Below, one piece after another: positions 37,009 through 46,133 of a stretch of DNA of 64,000 nucleotides (its first letter is position 1; every line of letters starts with the position of its first letter). A model generated the notes under the pieces. It ran no database searches. It saw only the letters and a list, made by a program, of their open reading frames with translations, and was not told where the DNA came from. This stretch comes from Protoeuglena noctilucae (Eukaryota), in NCBI GenBank assembly GCA_958009085.1, contig OY253668.1, forward strand, positions 434,001 to 498,000, in the 5' to 3' direction. Made by a program: the position numbers and the translations under genes.

Positions 37009-38941
37009 CTAGGTCGAGAGGCCCCATGCCCTGGCCAGGCCATGCTTGTAAACGGCGAAGGCCGCCCAGCACGCGAGCATGATGCCGCACGTGGCTCGAA
37101 AGACGGTCCGCGCCCCGTTGCCGTAGAAGTAGATCCACCCGCCCAGGATGCTGCCGATGCCTAGGCCTATCCCGAAATAGATGCACTGAAAGATGCCCTG
37201 AAAGGTGGAGGAGAGGCCCGGGGGCGCGCAGCGCTTGGCGATGAGGCATCCGACGGTCCACGCGCACGCGAAGGTGATGCCATGGAGCAACTCGGCCGGC
37301 AGGACGGCCCAGGGGCTCGGGAGGAGGCGCGTGCCGAGGAGACCGTACCAGAGGAAGCGGAGGGTGAAGGCGCCAAAGACCACGTGGATCATGGGGCGCT
37401 CCCCGACCCAGGAGAGGATGGGCATGGCGAAGTGGAACACTGCAGGGCAGGGACAGGTGCGCGTGGCGTGTACGCGTGGCGGCACACGATGCGCGGCTGG
37501 ACCTACCCCCACCGCCGCCCCCGCCCCCGCCCCCGCCCCCGCTGCCATCCCCTGAGCCTCTTTGGCGGCCGCACACGCGAGGCCCACCTGGGATCTCTGC
37601 GACGGCCGTGACGAAGAGCGTGAGTCCCCATAGCACGGCGGGCGAGGACAGCTCGTCCAGGAAGAGGAACAGGAAACTCTCAATCACTCCGACGCCGATA
37701 CCCCAAGTCGTGCCCAGGAAGACGAGTTCGAGGAAAGGGGGACGGGAGAGGGCATAGAGTAACGAGGGGGGAGCAGTCGACAGGGAATGCGGTGAGGGCT
37801 CGCCCCCCGAGCTGTCAGCCCCTGCGTCCCTCGCCCTGCCGTGGTGGGCGGCGCGGTGGGCCACCGTGGATAGGGCCTGGTGATCTCCGCCGTGCGTGCC
37901 TTCTGGGTCAACGCTCTCCAAGATGGGCGCCAACTCGATGTCGCTCACCTCTCCCGCCTTGCCCCTGAGCATGCCCTTCTTGCCGGCCTGGTCCCCTGAA
38001 ACGGAGGCACCGACACCCACGGCCAGCAGCCTGTAGTCGAAGTGACTCGTGGGGACGCAGGCCAGCAGCGCCATCACCACGTACAGCGCGAACGCCGCGT
38101 CGATCGTGCCGAGGGCGGTGATGGCGCCGCCGGCGATGAGGGCGAAGCCGCCCCAGCCCTGCGCGGACGAGAGGGGGCGGTTGTGTGAGGGAAAGCACAT
38201 TGTGCGAGGGAGAGACAACCGCGGTGTGATGGTAATTGCCAGAAGATGGGACTCACGACGGCGCCCCACAGTCGCTGCTTGCCGTAGTCGTCCCCGTTGC
38301 CGAGAGTGATGGCGTCCGCAATCACTGCGGGTGGCGACGAACGCGTCTATGGAAGCACCCAAAGCACAGTCCATGGACTCACAGTGCCACCCTGGTTGGC
38401 TTGGGCCGCAGGGCGCCGGACTTGCCACTGATGGGCCCGCTCGCGATCTCCATCAGCACCACCATGACTCCCAAGTACCCCATCCTTGCGTGTGACGAAA
38501 CCTGCCTCCCCAGCATGAGGGCCACGCGTGTCTGTAAAGGGCGAAGATGGCGTGGTGTGCCAGCGCATGGTAGGGAGCCAGCTTCCGGTTCCACTGACGA
38601 CTCCCGCTCACCAGGAAAGCCGCCGTCATGCACATAGCTACCACCAGCCGGTGCTTGCCCATCCGGTCCGCTGCAAAGGCCCACAGTGGGGCAGTAAGGC
38701 CCGAAGCCCATGGCTTGAGCGCACCCAGTACTCCGATCTGGCGCTCATTCAGACCAATTCTCCTGTAGTAGACGCTCAGGAAGGGATGTAAGCATCCTGC
38801 GGCGCCGTAATAGATGCCTGCGGCAAGGAAAAGGACGTGGGAACCATGATGAAAGTGAAAGCCTTTCAATGCACTCTGTGAGGTTCGCTGCGCTCGCTGC
38901 GCCTCACAATACCAGGATTTCATGACAACGGGTCGCCCCAT
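37009..38941 (-). CDS. Major facilitator superfamily transporter (MFSD6/MFS_1-like)
   Basis: PFLSVYYRRIGLNERQIGVL, PLWAFAADRMGKHR, YGKQRLWGAV, FLFLFLDEL, ELLHGITFA, multiple TM helices. Confidence 0.88.
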
Positions 38942-39111
38942 GGTCACTCGAGTTTAAAGCAAGGGTCCGTGGGGCCTGTAGGCGCCATGGGAAGTGCTTG
39001 CAGCAAAATCCATCGCCACCGACCGTGGCCGCCCTGTTGGCCGTGAGCCTAGCCAGGATTGTGCTCGTCTGGCGACAATCTAAGATGCACTGGCTCTGGA
39101 AGAGCGCGCAT

Positions 39112-39134
39112 GCATGGATCCAAATCGTGCTGTG
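39112..39134 (+). repeat. 23-bp direct repeat, left copy (GCATGGATCCAAATCGTGCTGTG)
   Basis: Exact match to 43261-43283; flanking bases differ on both sides. Confidence 0.95.
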
Positions 39135-39476
39135 ACCCTGACACATGGCGCAGGAACATGCGTTGCGTGCCCAGCTCGTCCAGCTGTCTCGTCTCTTTCG
39201 CTGCTCCTTCTTTGCTGAGGTATAAGCGTCGTCTGATCCTCTGTGGACTTGCCCCACAGGTGCTAGGGTCAAGGCGTGAGACGAGGAGAGCCTCAGGGTG
39301 GCTGGGCTGGGTGCGAGTCCCTGCAGGACGCCGTCGATCTGGTCGCAGCGTCGACGCGGGCATGCATGTGAGTGGAAGCCCGATTGTTCAAAACCTGGGA
39401 CTGGAGAACGGGCAACATAGGGCTGAGCCCATGGCTATCTGCCAGCGAAGTTGCGCCCCCCAAAGCACAGCAAGGT

Positions 39477-42400
39477 TCAGCATCCATGCGTGGCCCATTC
39501 CCCGCACTCCAACACCTGGCAGCTGCTGTGCTGCAGACGAGATGAGTGATCACAGTACAGGCCGTACCGGCGACACCCACTAATTCTCACGTCCCGCACC
39601 TCCGCCTCCCCGGCTGTCTGACACCAAACGCCAGTATCGCCAGACCCCGTGATGCGCCCCCCCTGCACCACCACCTTGGACCACTGGCCGGTGCAGAGCA
39701 CGCCACAGCTCTTGCAGTCGGCGATCTGCACGTCCCGCACCTCCGCCCGCCCACCCTCTTGGCACGACACCCCGTGATGATCCTTGGACCCCGTAATGCA
39801 GCCCCCCTGCACCACCACCTTGGACCACTGGCCTGAGCACGACACGCCATTGCCCTTGCAGTCGGCGATCTGCACGTCCCGCAACTCCGCCCGCCCGCCC
39901 TCTTGACACGACACCCCATGATACTTCTTGCACCCCGTGATGCGGCCCCCCAACACCACGACCATTGACCCGGCATTGAAACATGCCACGCCACTCTGTT
40001 TGCAGTCGGCGATCTCGACGCCCCGGACCTCCACCTGCCCTCCCTGGTTGCACGACACCCCGTGAAGCTCCTTGGACCCCGTGATGCGCCCACCCTGCAC
40101 CACAGCCTTGGAGCCCTGGCCTGAGCACCGCACGCCCGATTGGGGTGCACCTGACACCTGCACGTCCGTCAGCACCACCTTCCCGCCCCCGTCGCAATAC
40201 AGCCCCGTCCCCACCACCCGCACCCTTTCCAGCCGCAGCTCGCCCGGCCTCGCGTTGAGAGCGTACCCACTCCCGACCGATGCGTCCACCACCAGCGTCC
40301 CGTTCCGCACAGTTAACGACTGTCCACTCCGCACCGTCACCTCTGTGGACAGCCTCCACTCCCTCCCATGGAGGTCGATGACCCCCCCAACAGGGAACTT
40401 CCCCCGCTGCAGAAAGCCGTCCCTATCAGCCGCTCCCCTCTCCTGAGCCACCCGCGTCTCTGCAGCCCATCTCTCCCCAGCAGCCCGCCTCTCCCCAGCA
40501 GCCCGCCTCTCCTCAGCCGCCCGTCTCTCCTCAGCCACCCGCCTCTCCTCAGCCACCCGTCTCTCCTCAGCCACCCGTCTCTCCTCAGCTGCCCGCCTCT
40601 CCTCAGCTGCCCGTCTCTCAGCAGCCCGCCTCTCCTTGGGAGCAAGCGTTTCCAACCCCCCTTGACCGTTTCCCACGTCTTCCGACCGCAATCCCGCCTC
40701 CCGGATCGCCGGCAGCCGCGCCACAGCCTCCCACACCGCCCTCCGCAACCTCTCCGGCACTTGCTTCAGGAATCCCAGCGCACGCTCCCTACGCAGATCG
40801 TGCTCGTTCTGTCGGAACTCTGCCTCCGTTCCGAACACGTTGGGTCGCCTTGGGTTTCTCTCACAGTTGGCCACGTGCCTATGCGCGTCCTCCCCGCAGT
40901 CCACCAGGCACCACGCGCAGATGGCCGCCCCGCACCCGCCCTCCCTCTTCGGGCACAGCAGCGCCATGCACTCCGCGAAGTCCACCATCTCCACCGCCCG
41001 CCGGCACCGCGGGCATCGCATCACGTTCAGTTCCTCCTCCAGCATCTTTCGGTGCGCGTCCACCGCCTTTGCCTCGTCCCGAACCTCCAGCTCCGCGATG
41101 CGTGCCCTCAGCCCCTCCTCAGCCCCCATCCTCTCCGCCCTCTCCACCTCCGCCGCGTGCCTCCGGCTCGCCTCTAGGAACCGCTCCCGCGCAACGTCCG
41201 GCACCCTGGCCGCCACCGCTGCCGCACGCAGCACCCCCCCACACGCCTGCCCCGTGCACTCCCGACACCGCAGGTGCCCCTCCCCCGTGAACGCCGCCCG
41301 GCTCTCCATAAGCATCCCGACCCTGACCCCCAAGCACTCTCCGCACACGTGGTGAAGGCCCTGCCCTGTGCAAGTCGCCGCCGCCCGCATGGCCACCCTG
41401 TCCAGATGCACGCAGCACTCCACCATACTGCGGATGCGAGAGGTGCACTGCTACCGTCGCCTCTGCACCAGCTCCGAGTCCCTCCCTGCCCGCCGCTCGC
41501 GCTCCTCGCCTGCACTCCCTCGCCCCCGCCAGCATGTCCGCCACGCTTGCACGCTGCGCGGGGTCCCTCTCCAGCGCCCGCAGCGCCGCCGACCGCAGCG
41601 GCTCCGGCACCGACTCGGGTATCTCCGGCTTAACCCCATTCACGCACACCGCAAACATGACCTGCGCCATGGCCTGCCCCGCAAACGGCTCACGCCCCGT
41701 CGCGAGGTGCGACAGCGTGGCCGCCGCCGAGTACGCGTCCGACAGGGGCGTGATCTCCTTCGTCGGGTCGTATTGCTCGGGGCTCATATACCCGAACGTG
41801 CCCCAGGCTTCCTGCCGCGTCGTCCTCCGGGTGTGGCGCTGCAGGCGTCGGGCCATGATGAGGCATAGCATAGCATCGCCGCACATGGACGGAGCCATGC
41901 CTCTTTCCGCAAGCATCACGCCCCTTCGCCATGACGTGCTCCCTCACCGCCATGGACGCCCGCTCCTGCGATATCTTGGCCAGGCCGAAGTCCCCCAGCA
42001 GCACTGTGCCGCGCCGGTCCAGCAGCAGGTTGTGCGGCTTGACATCGCAGTGCACCAGCCCCGCGCTGTGCAGGCTTTCCAGCCCCTCCAGCATCTGCTC
42101 CGCCACGTCCACCAGCTCCCCGACCGGCAGCCCCGTCCTCAGCTCCCGCAGCCGCCGGGCGAGTGACCCCAGCTCCGCCAAGGGCATCACCAGGTGCAGC
42201 GCGCCGTCGATGGTCGACGTCCCTAGCACCCTGCGGACGCCAACACCCGCATCCTCGAGACAAGCCCGCAACTCAGACGCCCCCTGCTCAACAGCGCCTG
42301 CCACCCCGCGAACTTACCGGCACACGTGGGCATTGTTGACCGTCGCCAGGGCCAGCCGCTGCACCTCCTTCGCCGCCCGCTCGTTCGCCCCCGCCTCCGT

Positions 42401-42547
42401 CCCGTCCGTCAGCCGCTTAACCGCGACATCCTGCGCCCGCCACCTCGCGCGCCGCACCTCTCCCTGGTTGCCCTCTCCGGTCCCCAGCACCTCCTCCAGC
42501 ACTATCTCGCTCGCCGGAATGTCCGGGACCCTCGCCCTGACGTCCAT
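39477..42547 (-). CDS. Multidomain protein (~930 aa): non-RD Ser/Thr kinase + RING1/Rcat (RBR-like) E3 ligase + charged helical repeat + right-handed beta-helix
   Basis: Exons 42547-42318, 42230-41948, 41838-41510 and 41427-39477 (2793 nt, frame-consistent; third intron GC-AG). Kinase motifs LGTGEGNQGEV, VAVK, HCDVKPHN, DFG, GTFGYMSPE. RING CCVH...C..HHVCGEC...CREC. Rcat-like CPRC...ECMALLC...CG..ICAWC...H.HV..C. PbH1-type GVxC repeats. Confidence 0.85.
39567..40136 (-). repeat. ~4 tandem 144-bp (48-aa) coding repeats forming beta-helix coils
   Basis: ACCCCGT(G/A)ATGC recurs at ~39644, 39788, 39932 and 40076. Unit GVxCxxxxSKVVVQGGRITGSKxxH-GVSCQEGGRAEVRDVQIADCKxx. Confidence 0.92.
40437..40636 (-). 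repeat. 18-bp coding minisatellite (~10 units, (A/V)AEERR)
   Basis: Repeated GCCCGCCTCTCCTCAGCC-like units on the + strand, encoding AAEERR/VAEERR/AAGERR. Confidence 0.92.
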
Positions 42548-43260
42548 GGCGCCGTCTCGCGCCGGGTGCGTTTTAGATGGCCGGCACACTCTGCGGCCGC
42601 CTGCGTCGCGCTACGGGGGCGCGGCAGGGTGGCATGCAAGCTATCGGACACACATCGACCCCGCTCGCACGTCTGCATGCGCACGCAGCCTCCCCAAAGA
42701 CCGGTCAACGCATACGGCATATCGTGCTCTTGCGCAACGTCGTCACCACCTCTTCCGGAGCCGGCCCGCTCACTTCCGCTGCAACATGCCGTCATATTCA
42801 ACCCGTTCGCACCTGCAAATCTCCACGATCGCCCTCCGCAGCTCACCTTGGGGGCTCTGTCTTTCGTCAGCAAAATCGTGGTCGACAGCTTGGTTGTCAC
42901 GACACCAGGACAGCGTAAGTATCTTGCATGCACCATCTGTTCAGTGTTACTGCGGGCCCGTGGGATTGACTCCACGCCAGTGCCATGCAAGCCCCGTACG
43001 GTGTCAAAGTCACGCAAGAGAAGGTCCGGTGGTCAGAAATGACGTGCGCAGGCTGCCCCGGGACAGCTGCATAACGAGTTGCTCCAGGGCTGGCATGAAT
43101 GCACGGTTTTTCGATCTCTCGCAATGCCGCATGCGAGGCCCCTGCAATGCGGCGGGCATGCCCGAGTAGCAGACGTTCTACGCGGTCGTTGCAGCGACCT
43201 CAGCAGCGAGGGCCGCCATCTGGCCTCGGTAAGCGCCTGGCGTCGCGATCCCTCACTCAG

Positions 43261-43283
43261 GCATGGATCCAAATCGTGCTGTG
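43261..43283 (+). repeat. 23-bp direct repeat, right copy
   Basis: Identical to 39112-39134. Confidence 0.95.
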
Positions 43284-43327
43284 GGTCTACGACAAAGGCA
43301 TAATGGATAACACCGCTCGCGACCTCG

Positions 43328-44432
43328 TCACGTCGACTGCTGCTGGGCGAGGAATGCGTGCATCTTCCCCTGGGGCCGCTTTGCCGCTGGCTTCTCTTCC
43401 CCGTCCTCGTCCTCGGCATGGCGCTTGCCCGGCCGGCTCTCCTGCGCCTTCCTCCGCATTTCCAGGATGTCTGGCATGACATCCCCCATCAGCACGTCTG
43501 CATGGGGCAGGAGGCGGGTCGATGCCACCGAGGGCCAACCAAGTTGACACTCTTCCGACCACCGACGCACCACGCCGCCAGGGCAGCATACGCGCGCTGA
43601 CCGTCTGCCATAACAGCCCACCGCCAGCGATTCCCTCGCCTTGCAAGAAGAACAGTGGACCCTCCCGCTTCATGTCTTGCGTCACAACCTCGACCATGTC
43701 CTCGGGCTTGATGGTTTTGCGTTTGGCCTCCTCGGCCACGTCCTTGCAGCGAGCCACGAGATCCTGCGGGTGCCATCACCAGACTCGCGGGCGTGGATGA
43801 GCGAAACGCAATCGCATCGTGTGGCCATCATGGCTCAGCGGATGGGTCGCAAAAACTCACCCGGAGGAACAGGTCCGTGGCTCGGTTCACAAGATGCAGG
43901 GCCGCTGGAGTCACCCGTTTGATGTCCTCGTCAATGAGAACGATTTTTCTCACCGCCGACAATGGCAGGCCCGGGGTCGCCGTCCGCCCCCCGCGTGCCC
44001 CACCCCGCTCGTCATCGCTGTCGTGAGCTTCTGGGTGACGGACGCGAGAGAAAGTGGCATTAGTGTCCGTAGATCCAAGCGCGGAATCACGGCGCCTCTC
44101 CCGCGCGCTGGGCGCCGCGCGCACCTGGTTTGTTCTCGGCCTGCTCTTTCGCCCCCTCTTTCCAATGCTCCTTTTCCTCCTCGCTGAGGCCCTTCCAACG
44201 CGCCCCTATCTCCTTTGTTACGTCCGCCAGGCGAACCTTCCCTGCAACGCGCGGGGCGCTTCCGCCCGGCTCTCACGCTGCGCCCAGCATTGAAGGCATC
44301 GCGCGACGCGCCGCCGCCGGCACAGGCGCACCAGTGCTCACCATCTGCCGCATTCTTCTTCAGCTCCGTCGTCACCGACTCGCGGACCTGAGAAGCGAAC
44401 AAGATGTACGGGGTGGTGCCCTTGGGGCCCAT
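43328..44432 (-). CDS. HMG-box + H2A-like histone-fold (Dpb3/CHRAC/NF-YC-type) protein
   Basis: HMG box PKGTTPYILFASQVR...DVTKEIGARWKGLSEEEKEHW. Histone fold LPLSAVRKIVLIDEDIKRVT..ALHLVNRATDLFL...KRKTIKPEDM...FFLQD. Confidence 0.8.
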
Positions 44433-44836
44433 CGTGGCCAAACAGACAATCGAACGACAATCTGGTCCTGTGCTGATGCTTGCAACTCCGTTCTCAACCA
44501 GGGGCTGTTTCTGCACCGTGCAGGGGTGGAGGCTGGAGCAGTAAAACTTGGCTCCGACGGCACAGACTGGCGGCGCAGAGGGGCATCCAGCCGAGCGCCG
44601 CCGCCGGCCCGGCTCCGCACACGCAATTTCCCGAGCATCGGAGCGTCGGAGCGGGGTGGCATTTTCTGATAGGGTCGGTCTTGGCGGCGCGAGCTTGCCC
44701 TGCTAGGGCAGACGGGGAGAGCGCACTGGGCAAGCAACGAAGGGTCGAGATTTCTCGGATAACGCCGTGTGACTTTGAGCGAAGGCCAAGGTTCCTCGGG
44801 CGCCTGTCCTTGCGGAAGGGGGCGGCGGTGGGCGCG

Positions 44837-46037
44837 ATGGGCCCGGCGGCGGGAGGGAAAGACGTGCAGGTGGACCTCGTTCAGACGAGGAAGGCGGTGG
44901 AGGCGCTGAAAAAGTGGCTAGGGAAGGCAAAGGTGAACCATTGGCAAGCGGGGAAGCGGGGGCCGCTGCGGCCGAGGCCCGGGCTTGGCAGCGGCTGCCT
45001 CCCTGTCGTCCGCAGGACGGGGGGACGGACTTGCTTGCGGAGGACGATGACGTCATTTACATGCACATAACGCTCAAGTCGGTCCCCACCGGACCGCGAA
45101 AAGACAAGCCCGTCCGCCTGGTGCGGGGCGTGAGGGCGCCGGCCGGTGCTGCTTGGCCGGCCCCGCCCCCGCGAGCCTTGCCCGTCGCGTTCCGCAGGCT
45201 CTCCCCCATCCCATCTACGAGGTGGGCAAGGCGGAGGTCTGCCTTTTCGTCAAGGACCGCGCGGGAGAGGGCCACAAGGAGGCCAAGGAGCGGCACCAGC
45301 GGATGGAGCGGGCGGGGAAGACGGGCATCTCGAAGGCGAGCTCGCTCGCCATGCGGGCGTGCAGCGCATGGCTCGGGAGCCCCCGGCGCCGCGCGTATTC
45401 GGCGGCGCGGGTCCCGACCGCGGAGTGCTGCAGCTTTCTGCGCAGGTCATTGGCATTTCGCAGCTGCGGAAGAAGTACGAGTCCTTTGAGGCGAAGCGGA
45501 ACCTGTGCAACCAGTTCGACGTGTTCCTGGCCGACGACCGCGTCCTGCCCTCGCTGCCCAAGCTCATCGGGAAGAGTTTCTTCCGTGCCAAAAAGCAGCC
45601 CATCCCCGTGAACGTCCGCGGCGACAACTGGGCCAACGAGGTCCGCAAGTCCCTCTCGGGGACCTTCATGGTGCTCCCCCAGGGCTCCTGCCTCAACATC
45701 AAGGTCGCCCTCGCCACCCAGTCGGAAGACGCCATCGTGGAGAACGTCGATGCCGCCCTCAAGGCAGCCTGCGAGAAAATCCCCAAGGCGAGCGGCATGA
45801 CGTGGCGCTTGCGCTGCAGCGACCAGCCGGCCCTCTGGCTGCGGCAAGCTGCATGTCTGGCGCACTGCTCGAGCTTCGCTCCTTCCGTCTCTGCCGCAGA
45901 AGTTCGCCAACGTGCAAGCGGTCTTCCTCAAGACGGCGGAGAGCGCCGCGCTCCCCATCTACCAGGTGCTGCCCGACGTCCAGAAGATTGGCGGGAGCGC
46001 CGTGCTGCGCAAGGGAGCGAAAGCCAAGGCTAGCTGA
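44837..46037 (+). CDS. RSL1D1: Ribosomal L1 domain-containing protein (RSL1D1/Cic1/Utp30 family)
   Basis: LPHPIY..AEVCLFVKD, VIGISQLRKKYESFEAKRNLCNQFDVFLADDRVLPSLPKLIGKSFF, FLKTAESAALPIY. Confidence 0.92.
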
Positions 46038-46133
46038 GGGACCCTGCGGCAGCGCCTGACGTTTAAACGGCTACCAAGCAATGGCACCCGCTCCCTCCCA
46101 GCACCGCACCGCAGCGCCAGCGTAAGACGCCTC

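Larger units (their letters stand above)
39112..43283. mobile_element. Putative inserted cassette (~4.1 kb) flanked by a 23-bp direct repeat, carrying a kinase-E3-beta-helix gene
   Basis: Perfect 23-bp direct repeats bracket a single accessory gene. Removing the cassette leaves ~237 bp between the HMG/histone-fold stop and the MFS start, which fits local spacing. No transposase, TIR or poly(A) tail seen. Confidence 0.6.

Noticed and set aside
39567..40636. CRISPR-like array interpretation of the tandem repeats
   Set aside because: The repeats are in-frame coding units without unique spacers, the context is eukaryotic, and there are no cas genes.
39135..43260. Processed retrocopy, LTR element, TIR transposon or Helitron as the identity of the cassette
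   Set aside because: Introns are retained. No poly(A), LTRs, TIRs, TC...CTRR ends or RT/transposase ORF were seen.
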